Below are positions 1-10,074 of a stretch of 64,000 bases of DNA, in pieces. The DNA comes from Picochlorum sp. SENEW3 (Eukaryota): the NCBI GenBank assembly GCA_034226945.1, contig CP120462.1:682001-746000 (forward strand). The letters are read 5' to 3'. A program made the position numbers and the translations under genes. Each line of letters begins with the position of its first letter. Position 1 is the first letter of the stretch. Under the pieces are notes generated by a model. It saw nothing but the letters and a program-made list of their open reading frames with translations. It had not been told where the DNA came from and searched no databases.

Positions 1-1107
1 ATTGAAATCCGAAAGGAGAGGGCCGCCATGGTGGATGCTTCAAAGCCTGCATATGATGTTTTGGCAGACGACTACTCTGCTGGGCTCACGGCTGCCAGAA
101 TTACCGAAATTTTTGACGAGGTGAAGAAAGGCTTGATTCCTTTCTTGGCAGAAATTAGAGAAAAAGGTACAGAACCAGATAACTCATGGCTCCAAGGTGA
201 ATTTGATATTGATGCACAGGCTGAACTATGCAAAGAGATTGCTGTGGCTATTGGGTTTGATTTGGACAAGGGAAGACTTGATGTATCAGTACACCCTTTC
301 ACTGGTGGAGCGCATCCTACAGATGTTCGTATGACGACACGTTTTAAGAAGGATGATGTCACAGAAGGTTTGACAGGGGCGATCCACGAAACAGGTCATG
401 CATTGTATGAACAGGGAAGGAATCTCAAGTATGACGGTCTTCCGGTGAACTCAGCAGCCGGAATGGCCATCCATGAGAGCCAGAGTCTACTGTGGGAGAG
501 AATGGTGGCATTATCCCAACCTTTTGCTGCTTATTTGTTGCCCAAATTACATACATCATTCCCCGGTGCCTTTCCAGAGTCCAAAACACCAGAAGACTTG
601 TATAGAGCCTTGAACGTGGTGAAAAAGGAAAGCTTTATTCGAGTTGAATCAGACGAAGTCACCTACCCAATGCACATCATCCTCAGATTTGAAATTGAAA
701 AAGCTCTGGTGGAAGGCGAGTTGCAAGTGGAGGATATTCCAAGTGTATGGAATTCAAAAATGCAGCAGTACCTTGGCGTCACCCCCGCCTCGGACGCCCA
801 GGGATGCCTCCAAGACGTCCATTGGTCAGCTGGGCTCTTTGGGTACTTCCCAACGTACACGTTAGGTGCCATGTCTGCTGTCCAGATTTTTGAAACTGCC
901 AAGCAGCAGATACCTGATCTTGATTCGCAGATTAAGAATGGAAACTTCAAACCTTTGCGAGAATGGTTGAATGAGAATATCCATTCCTTGGGTAGTTTGT
1001 ATCCTACTGCAGACGATCTTCTGACAAAGGTGACAGGGAAGCCATTGGATCCACAAATCTTCCTCAATTACTTGAAGGAGAAATACACTGCCATTTATAA
1101 ACTGTAA
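1..1107 (+). CDS. Carboxypeptidase Taq-like metallopeptidase (M32 family), 5'-truncated by the window edge
   Basis: Frame is open from base 1. Motifs HPF, DVRMTTR, HETGHALYEQ (HEXXH), HESQSL, IRVESDE, GCLQDVHW and GYFPTYTLG are the M32 signature set. Confidence 0.93.
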   Translation: MEIRKERAAMVDASKPAYDVLADDYSAGLTAARITEIFDEVKKGLIPFLAEIREKGTEPDNSWLQGEFDIDAQAELCKEIAVAIGFDLDKGRLDVSVHPFTGGAHPTDVRMTTRFKKDDVTEGLTGAIHETGHALYEQGRNLKYDGLPVNSAAGMAIHESQSLLWERMVALSQPFAAYLLPKLHTSFPGAFPESKTPEDLYRALNVVKKESFIRVESDEVTYPMHIILRFEIEKALVEGELQVEDIPSVWNSKMQQYLGVTPASDAQGCLQDVHWSAGLFGYFPTYTLGAMSAVQIFETAKQQIPDLDSQIKNGNFKPLREWLNENIHSLGSLYPTADDLLTKVTGKPLDPQIFLNYLKEKYTAIYKL

Positions 1108-1216
1108 GGGCTTGTCAAGTCAATTGTGGGATTTGTATTTAATGCCGAATACATTGTAACAATCCAATGCAGGGATATTTCCTTCAATCCAAAACCAATC
1201 AAATCTTGCATATGTT

Positions 1217-2416
1217 CTACGTACGTTTTTGTAACATCGCTGCGACATCATACCCCGTTCCTGTGCCCTTATCCAGCTGCGTCACCCTCCCAGGCCCCAC
1301 TTTCTTCAACAGTACCAAGGCTGCGCGTGGAGCAAGTTGCATCAAGTATCCCATGAACAAAACAGGATGCCTTGTGATCCAACAATCATTCACCTTATGA
1401 TACACTGCCCGTAACACGAGTTCAGTAACTGTATCAATTGAGACTCTCTTACTACTTGCACTCGTATTCTTCTGTTCCATCAACCCATCTTTTCCAAACA
1501 CCATTCTAGGCTGAGCATTCTCCCCCACATCAATAGGCCCAGGATTCACAACAGTCACTTCAATCCCCCTTGATGACAGCTCCGTCGCCATGGATAAAAA
1601 GTAAGCTTTCACAGCACTTTTTGCAGCAGCATACACCGCCTGACCTGGTGATGGAACCGCAGATGCCATGCTTGCAATCACCACATGGTGCCCACCCCGC
1701 CTCTCCAGCATATACGGCAAACTCGCTCTCGCCACAGCCATCTGACCAATCACATTCATACGAAGTAGAATCTCAGCAACCTCATGGCTTGTTTCTTCAA
1801 CCGGCCCATGCTGACTCGCCCCTGCATTATATACGATATAGTCCACGTGTCCAAATGCTGCAAACGCTTCTTCGGCAACCTTTTTAATCCTAGCATATGA
1901 ATCCGTGATATCAAACGGCAGCACCGCGACATCATCCTCTCCTACATACCTACAGCACTCAAGCTTCACACTCATCAGACTCGTCTCGCGCCGAGATGAC
2001 AGAATCACACGTGCACCATCCTGTGCCCAGCGAACAGCCAAAGACTTGCCCAGACCCTGACTCGCCCCAACAATCCACACTACTTTGCCCGAAAAGTACC
2101 CCAAGGGAGGCTTCTTGCGTTTTGAAAATAAATTAAGATCACAATTGGCACGCACAAAGTCCATAAAGACTTTCAAAGCGTACAAGGCAGCGACACAAAC
2201 TCCAATCTGAGGCCATGTCAACTGCGACACCTCGATGGCTATTCTTTGCCCGATCGACATTGCATTACACTGTATTTGTACTTTTCTATACTCTTGTTGC
2301 AATCTTTTGCCCTCGCAAAACGGGTTACGCTGACGATGATGAAAATTCCTTCTCTGTTGAACTCTGCTACAACCTTGACTTGTTTTAAACCATCTCTGTG
2401 ATACTACAATTATCAT
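1217..2416 (-). CDS. Short-chain dehydrogenase/reductase (DHRS7-like)
   Basis: GASQGLG Rossmann motif, YNAG, catalytic S...YAAAK, and an N-terminal hydrophobic anchor. Start could instead be the ATG at 2260. Confidence 0.88.
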   Translation of the reverse strand: MIIVVSQRWFKTSQGCSRVQQRRNFHHRQRNPFCEGKRLQQEYRKVQIQCNAMSIGQRIAIEVSQLTWPQIGVCVAALYALKVFMDFVRANCDLNLFSKRKKPPLGYFSGKVVWIVGASQGLGKSLAVRWAQDGARVILSSRRETSLMSVKLECCRYVGEDDVAVLPFDITDSYARIKKVAEEAFAAFGHVDYIVYNAGASQHGPVEETSHEVAEILLRMNVIGQMAVARASLPYMLERRGGHHVVIASMASAVPSPGQAVYAAAKSAVKAYFLSMATELSSRGIEVTVVNPGPIDVGENAQPRMVFGKDGLMEQKNTSASSKRVSIDTVTELVLRAVYHKVNDCWITRHPVLFMGYLMQLAPRAALVLLKKVGPGRVTQLDKGTGTGYDVAAMLQKRT

Positions 2417-2604
2417 TACAAGAACAATACCATATAAAAAACACTATTGATAATATTATAGTAGCCCACCAGGCGATATTCATCATACTATACCCGCATT
2501 CTCCCTGGCTAATCGATTTTCGACAAGCTCCCTGCAGGCAAGGGTGCTGTAGTCAATAGGTCCTTGGATAGAGTGAGAGGGTATCTCGCAGAAGCTCTGG
2601 ATCT

Positions 2605-4089
2605 TCAGAAGATAAGCTGCTTGGTCATGTGCACCAGAGAGATCTGTTGCATCAAAACAAGTGCAAATCCAGATTGCCTCATGAGATCAGGATCCTCAAA
2701 TTTGAACGAAAATCCACCATCAACAGAAGTTTCTTGAACAGGCGTGTCCGACGCAGCGCGCAATGTATGTGTGATGAAATCACTCACCCCCAAGGCCTCA
2801 AGATTGCCTCCTCCTCCCTGCTGCCCATCAGCAGAACCCACCCATGCCCATCCTTGCAACTCGGACGCCTTGGGATGCATAACTCCAAGCTTCGCCATGG
2901 TCATATATACGATGCTTATCCATCGAGCAAACAAGGTTGCGGAAGCATTCGACCCTCCAGGAGGACGTGCCACCTTGACCAGTCCCCCACTTTGTTCAAA
3001 CTCTTCTGGTCGCAGCACCATGTACACCTCATCAGCTGTCCAGCCCGATACATAGCAGTATGCTGCTGTCGAAACAAAGCTCTGTGCAGGCGATAAATAC
3101 CCTAAAACAGCACCATTAAACGATAGAAGAAGTCTCACGGCTGTCTCTCTAAGGTCTTCCTCCCTCGAAGACACACTTCCATCCAGCGGATCAGCAGGCA
3201 TGTCCACCATGCCACGAATGAATCCAGTCATGGCATAATGCAAAGGAGACTCGATCACCGAATCATCATCATCTGAATGTTTGATATCGAGTGAAATCTT
3301 TTCACATGTTTCTCCCGAATCACGCACCACCTGAAGAGCCAAGAGCACCAATCTGGAATTCTGCTGCATCACCCTGACAAATTCCCCTGGTTCCTCATCA
3401 GCAGTCGACAGACCCTGCATACTCTGTTGCAACTGCAACTGCCGTAACGTCATTCCATTCTTAAACTGATCAATCCATGTTGTTGCAATATCTCTCAAAC
3501 CTCTAATCATGACGGACGACGTGTTACTCACCATCCCTTCTGACGATGATCCTTCATCATCATCATCATCTGTTTCCTGCACAGCAGCAGCTTTGCCATC
3601 CTTGACCAAACCAATCTCATCAAGCGTCAAATAGACGAGCGTCATCCACGTCAACATAATATCCTGCATCATTGGCTGCTCCATTCCACCAGCAGACAGA
3701 GTTCCAAACGTGACAATCCTCTTCATAGCATCCAATGAGTACCCTCTCTTGTACATGCTAATAACGCACTCGACAAAGCATTTCGATGCAAAAAATGACC
3801 TGTTCTGACACGCAAGAAAACATAACAACAGTGCTTGTGCAAACACATGCTCTGTTCGCCCATCATCCTCCGAAAAAGAAGCAGCAGCAACAACACAAGG
3901 CACGGTCATCACTGGACGAGAGGACGCTCGCCGTTGTCGTGTACGGACAAAGGTCCGAACAGGACACCGCTTCATGCCAGGTGGTGGCATAAAACTGGTA
4001 CATTTTGATCTTTCTACTACTCTATGACCACGATGGCACGATGGCAGGCGTACCATGCCCAAGTCCTTTGCCACCATGTGTCTCCCCAT
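2605..4089 (-). CDS. Uncharacterised protein with an internally duplicated helical domain, probably plastid-targeted
   Basis: Long ORF with an R/S-rich N-terminus. Two similar halves (FVECVISMYKRGYSLD...WMTLVYLTL versus FVSTAAYCYVSGWTAD...WISIVYMTM). Start uncertain. Confidence 0.7.
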   Translation of the reverse strand: MGRHMVAKDLGMVRLPSCHRGHRVVERSKCTSFMPPPGMKRCPVRTFVRTRQRRASSRPVMTVPCVVAAASFSEDDGRTEHVFAQALLLCFLACQNRSFFASKCFVECVISMYKRGYSLDAMKRIVTFGTLSAGGMEQPMMQDIMLTWMTLVYLTLDEIGLVKDGKAAAVQETDDDDDEGSSSEGMVSNTSSVMIRGLRDIATTWIDQFKNGMTLRQLQLQQSMQGLSTADEEPGEFVRVMQQNSRLVLLALQVVRDSGETCEKISLDIKHSDDDDSVIESPLHYAMTGFIRGMVDMPADPLDGSVSSREEDLRETAVRLLLSFNGAVLGYLSPAQSFVSTAAYCYVSGWTADEVYMVLRPEEFEQSGGLVKVARPPGGSNASATLFARWISIVYMTMAKLGVMHPKASELQGWAWVGSADGQQGGGGNLEALGVSDFITHTLRAASDTPVQETSVDGGFSFKFEDPDLMRQSGFALVLMQQISLVHMTKQLIF

Positions 4090-4452
4090 GCCTACGCAAA
4101 CCTCAGACACCCTACAACCAATCAATACCCACGCTCTCGCCCAATCTATCTTATTTTTATGATGCTTCAGTGAATGTGTTGGTATATATAAATTATTTAT
4201 CATCATCATCATGATGATGAGTCTTTCTTTCTTCTCACACCCATTTTGCTGACAGATCCATGGCGCCAATCAAAAAAACGCGCTCTCTCTCTCTCTCGAA
4301 ACCAGCATGCATCTTCTTCTACACCTGCGCATTCCTTCCCTCCTGGTAGCGTATCCAAAAAATAGTACTATTATTACTAGTAGTAGTCAACAAGGTAGTA
4401 GTAGTATTGCAATAGACAAGCGTCTATTGAATCAATAAGAAAGAAAAAGAGA

Positions 4453-4908
4453 ATGAAGAAGACGGCATTCTCTGGCACCACGACCCTGTTGTTGACACCT
4501 CGACAACAACAGGGTCCTTGTATTGTACACCCGATAGCCTGTTCAGCACGGCATCATCTTGTATGCGCATCATGGACACCGTTTGATCATCGTGGTGGTG
4601 ATCCTGACACACAGCCGACCACAGCACAGAGGCTTGTCACATGCCAGTCTGGCATACCAGCTTGCTCACGCCCTCTTCCAGACTGCCCAGAGGAAGAGTA
4701 CTGTAAAGAATGCCATGGGACTGGTACAGCAGTATGCCGTGTATGTCATGGAAAAGGTAGATTGAATAAGATGCGAGCACCAGCCATTACAGAATCAGGG
4801 GCGTGGCCAGTGTGGTGTAAGAGCTGCTACTGTAAAGGATTTTCAATCTGTGGGGCATGCCTTGGCACGGGTATTAAAAGGGAACCGATTGGATTCCGAG
4901 TCCCATGA
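4453..4908 (+). CDS. DnaJ-type zinc-finger protein (CxxCxGxG repeats, no J domain), probably plastid
   Basis: CKECHGTG, CRVCHGKG, CKSCYCKG and CGACLGTG repeats after a transit-peptide-like N-terminus. Confidence 0.8.
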   Translation: MKKTAFSGTTTLLLTPRQQQGPCIVHPIACSARHHLVCASWTPFDHRGGDPDTQPTTAQRLVTCQSGIPACSRPLPDCPEEEYCKECHGTGTAVCRVCHGKGRLNKMRAPAITESGAWPVWCKSCYCKGFSICGACLGTGIKREPIGFRVP

Positions 4909-4966
4909 ATGTATTATTATAGTACTAGTAAATAGTATTTGACAATTGTAATACTTATAATACATC

Positions 4967-5728
4967 ATGTTGAGCTGCATAGCAGCGAATGGCCGACGGG
5001 GCGGGACGATGTGGAAAAATGGTCTTCCACAGGCATTGCAGGGATGGATGACTCAGAGCATGGATGGAATACCAACATGGAACAATATAGATAGATCAGA
5101 TGATTTGGTGATGGTGATGTCATCACGGGGTATAACTTGTTCAGCAAGCGTATGGAGGCGACTGAAATCGCCATTACCTCCTCGTTCGGAGAGACCTCAG
5201 GTCGGATATCAGCGTCGACATACACAAGGCGAAGAATCTCCTCCTTCTTCTTCTTCTTCAAATGCTACGATGGATGCTACGATGGATTCTGAGGCGAGGG
5301 AAAGACGAGTTGCCAAAGAAGAGCCAACATCTTCAAAAGATTTTGAAGAAGAAGCAATGAGTCAGCAACAACGACCTGATCTGGTGGAGAGATACATGTC
5401 ACTGGAGATGGGGTCGAGAAAAGATAGGACACGGGCGACATTGCAAGAGGTGGCCAAGGAGTTTGCTCGGTTTCCTGGAGATACTGGGTCGAGCGATGTG
5501 CAGGTGGCCTTGCTCACATCAAAGATTGCATTATTAGCAGAGCATGTCAAGGCGCATCCAAAGGATCATTCTTCTCGTCGAGGATTGCGTGCCATGCTGC
5601 ATGGGCGTCGACAGTTGTTGCAGTATCTTCGTCGGACGCAGTTTGATCGGTATGCCAAGGTGATTAGCAGGCTCGGCCTGAAGGATTCTTTTGGCCCTCA
5701 GGATCGTTTTACTCAACGATATTCATAA
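4967..5728 (+). CDS. rps15: Organellar (probably mitochondrial) ribosomal protein uS15
   Basis: C-terminal DTGSSDVQVALLT...HPKDHSSRRGLRAMLHGRRQLLQYL is bacterial-type S15, preceded by a long N-terminal extension. Confidence 0.9.
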   Translation: MLSCIAANGRRGGTMWKNGLPQALQGWMTQSMDGIPTWNNIDRSDDLVMVMSSRGITCSASVWRRLKSPLPPRSERPQVGYQRRHTQGEESPPSSSSSNATMDATMDSEARERRVAKEEPTSSKDFEEEAMSQQQRPDLVERYMSLEMGSRKDRTRATLQEVAKEFARFPGDTGSSDVQVALLTSKIALLAEHVKAHPKDHSSRRGLRAMLHGRRQLLQYLRRTQFDRYAKVISRLGLKDSFGPQDRFTQRYS

Positions 5729-5770
5729 TTATGTACATCAACAAATATAGTGTAGTAATACTTTTTGTGT

Positions 5771-6333
5771 ATGAAAGCGACTATTCAGAGGGTATCGAAG
5801 GCGAGTGTCGCCGTGAACAATGCCATTGTGTCGAGCATTGACAATGGATTGGTCGCATTGATTGGTATCAGCTCGGATGATACCGATGCGGATCTCGATT
5901 ATATAGCCAGAAAGTTACTTAATATCAGGTGTGATGATTGATCGATTCTTCTTGTCTTGCATGTTGCAATTCTTCTATTCTTCTTCTGACAACAAACTCA
6001 CATCTCTCTATCTCTGTGTACAGAATTTGGCCATCAACTGCATCGTCTGGTGGTGATCAGAAAGCATGGGATACGTCTGTCAAGGATAATGGATATGAGA
6101 TTCTATGTGTGAGTCAGTTTACCTTGTGTGGAAGATTGAAAGGCAACAAGCCTGATTTCAGCAAGGCAATGCCGCCGTTGCAGGCCAAGGCCATGTATGA
6201 AAAGCTCTTGGATCGATTAAAGAAAGAGTATGACGCAGATAAAATAAAAGATGGGGTGTTTGGGGCATTGATGGAGGTGTCAATACAGAATTCAGGTCCT
6301 GTTACGATAACCTTGGATTCTTCAAAGGACTGA
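5771..6333 (+). CDS. DTD1: D-aminoacyl-tRNA deacylase
   Basis: Exons 5771-5928 and 6024-6333 (GT-AG intron 5929-6023) splice in frame to MKATIQRVSKASV...KLLNIRIW...SQFTL...GNKPDF...FGALMEVSIQNSGPVT. Confidence 0.93.
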
Positions 6334-6394
6334 AGGCAAGAATATTCTATTGCCATATGACATGTATACTATACATACATCATATATATGATGA

Positions 6395-6817
6395 TCACGC
6401 TGAAGAAGCTTCTGATCGCCCAGGCCAAAAGAGGGCCAGCAAGACGCCTACAAGGGCGATGCCAGTGCCTACCCAATCGCCAGTATCTGGCTTGACATCG
6501 TCCACAATCCATCCCCATATATATGATAGGAGGATGAAAAAGCCGCCGTATACAGCGTATATTCTACCGAAATTGTCCAGTGGCTGCAGTGTTGGTATAA
6601 ACCCGTAGCCAACAAGGACCAGACTACCTATGACAGCCATATACCATGCTTTGGATTCTCGCACAGTCTGCCACACAAGCCAACCACCGCCAACCTCTGC
6701 AAATCCAGCAAGAACGAACAAGAAGATGCATATGACGACGTTCCCAGCGCTCCATCCGTATTCACCCTTGTATGGTGTGTACTCTAGCTCTTGTTCTTCT
6801 TGTTGTTGTTGTTGCAT
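6395..6817 (-). CDS. YnfA/UPF0060-family small multidrug-resistance-like membrane protein
   Basis: Four hydrophobic helices with AGFAEVGGGWLVW, FGRIYAVYGGFFI and W..D..KPD.GDWVG, typical of YnfA. ATG at 6817. Confidence 0.85.
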   Translation of the reverse strand: MQQQQQEEQELEYTPYKGEYGWSAGNVVICIFLFVLAGFAEVGGGWLVWQTVRESKAWYMAVIGSLVLVGYGFIPTLQPLDNFGRIYAVYGGFFILLSYIWGWIVDDVKPDTGDWVGTGIALVGVLLALFWPGRSEASSA

Positions 6818-7601
6818 GGTGTTCAATTGTATCGTGTTTTTCTGCTACGCGATAAATGTATATTATATTATCACACAATGGACTCATCATGCGATACTGT
6901 ATGGCACATTCGTAAAGCCATTTTACAGCAAAAGTTCTGCTGTAAAAAAAGAGAGCGTTTAAACGAGAAACACTGACGATGAGCGTTCACCGAGCAGTCA
7001 TATGCTACTATCGTGATACAAAAATATGTTTTAAAATAATATACAATCGAATGAATCATAAACAAGGCAAAATCAGCTGGCCTTGTCTGTCGACCAAGAG
7101 GTCAGATCTCTACATATCAGATCTCTTGAGATCTCCGCAGAGATCCGAATGATTATGCTGACTCGGCAAAAGTCCAGGTTCTGACCAGTTTCCCATTATG
7201 GGTGATGACGCAGGACGTTATATTTAGTGGCACGTGGGTACTCTGGGATGACAGTTATTTTGAATGTATATTTGTATGTGATAGGTGTATCATTGTTTTA
7301 ATACATTGAATAGGTATTACGCCAAGGAACAAATACCAATACGAAGAGGACAGACGGAAAAAAGAAGAGTCCGTATTTCTTCTCCCCGACGTCGTATCAC
7401 CTATTCGTTATCGTTGATACATCCAATACCATCAAGCTTTTGCTTATATCTGTTTTATTTGATACTTTCTGTGTGAGTATTATTGTGTGAGGATATACTC
7501 ATTATACTACCGTACAAACGAGAGACGAGGGTCCCAGGTGCTGACGTGTGTTTTCTTCTACTACTACTACATTCGCGAAGAAGCGTTGTTGAGTCATTGC
7601 C

Positions 7602-8684
7602 ATGGTCAAGTGCGTGAATAATAAAAACACTGAGAACTGCTGTGATGGAGATCAGAAGCGGGGAAGAAAGGAAAATATGCCACCGGCAGCCAAGGTGGGC
7701 TGCTGTCCCACCAACACTGCTGATGCGGCAGCGAATGATGCCTCTGTGTTTGAGACGGATGAATTTAAAATGTGGTGCATGAAAATCATTCCATGCACGA
7801 AGAGGTTTGTTCATGATTGGACAGTGTGTCCTTTTGCGCATACTGGGGAGAAGGCTGTGAGGAGGGATCCACGCAAGTACACATACACTGGGATTGCGTG
7901 TCCTGATATGAAGGGATCTGGGGAATGCATCCGTGGGGATGCGTGCCCGTATGCGCATAATGTGTTTGAATATTGGCTGCATCCTACACGATATAGGACG
8001 CAGTTGTGCAAGGATGGGCCCAAATGCCGTCGTTCCATATGCTTCTTTGCACATGAATTGAATCAGCTTCGGATTCCAGAGAGCAAGCCATACGTGTCTC
8101 CAGAGCAGCTCGCAGCTGCGTCTCTGGCTGGTATTCAAAGGGAGAAGGAGAATGGTGATTCGAAGAAGATAAAGGAAAAGCTTGAAGAGGACAAGGTGGC
8201 AAACTGGCACGAGGGAAAGAAGGGGATGCTGCCAGATATCAGCGTGGTGGGTCATGAGATAGCAAACTCTGCTGATGATACACCCGTGTGGACACCGCAT
8301 GCCGTCCCTTCAACATACAGTCCAGTGTCTCAGGTACAGAGGAATATATTCGATGCTGGTCGGGTGTCACCACAGTCCCAACAGGGAGCAATGGAACAGT
8401 ACTCTCCTGAGAAACTGTTGGGGGCAATGGAAAAGTTTTCTCCTGGAAAATTTGATGAATTCCGCAGTGATTCAAATTATTCCCCTCTTTCTTCCTCGGA
8501 TACTCCCAGAGAAGAACAGATCAATTCTCTTGTGGAAACTCTTGCAAATCTCAAAATGTCAATGATGGATACACGGCAGATTGAGGATTCGCCTTCTGCA
8601 AAGTATGATGCTGTCGTGCAGACGGTGCAGCAGGTGCTTCAGCAGGCTTTGAGTCAGCAAGAAAGCAGTACTCGTCACCAGTAG
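7602..8684 (+). CDS. RR-TZF tandem CCCH zinc-finger RNA-binding protein (paralogue 1)
   Basis: DEFKM...CTKRFVHDWTVCPFAHTGEKAVRRDP, two CCCH fingers, FEYWLHPTRYRTQLCKDG. An extra 3' exon near 8725-8830 cannot be excluded. Confidence 0.92.
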   Translation: MVKCVNNKNTENCCDGDQKRGRKENMPPAAKVGCCPTNTADAAANDASVFETDEFKMWCMKIIPCTKRFVHDWTVCPFAHTGEKAVRRDPRKYTYTGIACPDMKGSGECIRGDACPYAHNVFEYWLHPTRYRTQLCKDGPKCRRSICFFAHELNQLRIPESKPYVSPEQLAAASLAGIQREKENGDSKKIKEKLEEDKVANWHEGKKGMLPDISVVGHEIANSADDTPVWTPHAVPSTYSPVSQVQRNIFDAGRVSPQSQQGAMEQYSPEKLLGAMEKFSPGKFDEFRSDSNYSPLSSSDTPREEQINSLVETLANLKMSMMDTRQIEDSPSAKYDAVVQTVQQVLQQALSQQESSTRHQ

Positions 8685-9314
8685 TAGAGAGACGGTTATG
8701 TGATGTTTGTTTCAAAAGCTATAGACCTTTTATTTCTGGTCAACGTGCTCGTCCAACGCGATGCAAACCCACTCATGAACCCAGAATTCCTTTTCATTTG
8801 GAAGGTAATGGATCATGTCCATTATCCTAGGCATGTGTCAATTTGTGTCTTCCAAGTTCATTCAATTTATTATCCTTCAATCCAATTTCTTTTTGTTTTA
8901 AACTATCATCATCAATTGAAAGAAGGCTGGAATTGTGGCAGAATTGATCTTTGTTGTGCCATAGACCCTGTCTGCCTGCCTTGAGTATTCTTGGTTGCAT
9001 TTTCATAACGATTCATCCATGCTATTCAATGTGCACCGTATCTTCGTCGTCATGACGCTGTCGATCTAGGATAGCACCTCATCGTATGTGACACATTCTC
9101 GAGCCCGAATGTAGTACCTGCGGTGCATTGCAAGGACTGCAATCTTGGCAAGATTGCAGAACGTTGACATATTTGCATTGAGGAGGGGCCAACAGTGTTG
9201 TTCTTGTTGGCAACAGTCCCGGATGAGATGAATGCAAAAGATATTATTCGATTCAGTGTATCATAAGAGATATATTTTTGCATTTAATGGGTCTGTATTC
9301 CGATAATCGACACG

Positions 9315-10034
9315 ATGTCGTCTCGGTCTCGCCCAGTTCGCCAACCGGGTTCCCCCAGAGGGGGGTATAGGGTCGACTGTAGGGTCGCACCCACTGTACG
9401 TTCATCTAGATTTCTTCAAAGAGATTTTGGCTGGCGTCGTAAGGAGAATCGAGGGCGGTCCCCCACTTCCAGATACTGGACGGATATGTTGACTGTACGT
9501 GCACAAGAGAGGAAGAAACCATCATTTCGTGACGCGTATACGCCACCGACGGCCCATATTTCTATTGAAAATGCGACGCAAAATGACACCTGGAGTGTAT
9601 GGAAAATGATTGCCAAGGAAAAGCTGAATCCTATTGCTCTGAATATGAATAATTTTGTTGTGGCAAAAGAACAAACACATGGTCATGTTGTTGGAGCTGG
9701 GCAGATTAAATCTATTGGAAGGGTAGGTGACAAGGATGCATTCGAGCTCTCCTCTATTGTTGTGGATGACGCATATAGGGGCCAAGGCATTGGGAAGTCA
9801 ATTGTGAGGCAGATTTTGGATGCTAAAGCACCAGCAGATGCTGAGATTTTCTTATTGACTGTTGAGGATCGGGAAGGGTTTTATGCTCCTTTTGGATTTC
9901 AAAAGACGAGCGACGCTCCAATACTCTTATGTCTTGAAAAAATGATTGGATCAGTTGTGGCGAGGCTCGTAGCAAACCAGGGACTCATCATCATGGTTCT
10001 CTCAATAGGCAAGGATGATGATGTACACAAATGA
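9315..10034 (+). CDS. GNAT-family N-acetyltransferase, probably organelle-targeted
   Basis: ELSSIVVDDAYRGQGIGKSIV (acetyl-CoA motif A) and FYAPFGF; R/S-rich N-terminus. Confidence 0.87.
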   Translation: MSSRSRPVRQPGSPRGGYRVDCRVAPTVRSSRFLQRDFGWRRKENRGRSPTSRYWTDMLTVRAQERKKPSFRDAYTPPTAHISIENATQNDTWSVWKMIAKEKLNPIALNMNNFVVAKEQTHGHVVGAGQIKSIGRVGDKDAFELSSIVVDDAYRGQGIGKSIVRQILDAKAPADAEIFLLTVEDREGFYAPFGFQKTSDAPILLCLEKMIGSVVARLVANQGLIIMVLSIGKDDDVHK

Positions 10035-10074
10035 AACAGAAAAAATGAATGAATGGATCAAATCTATACAAAAT

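Noticed and set aside
4283..4297. (CT)n and (GA)n microsatellites (also 28538-28552)
   Set aside because: Short ordinary simple repeats near gene starts.
7455..8300. 281-aa antisense ORF (and many similar antisense ORFs over other genes)
   Set aside because: It overlaps a well-supported gene on the opposite strand and has no recognisable motifs.
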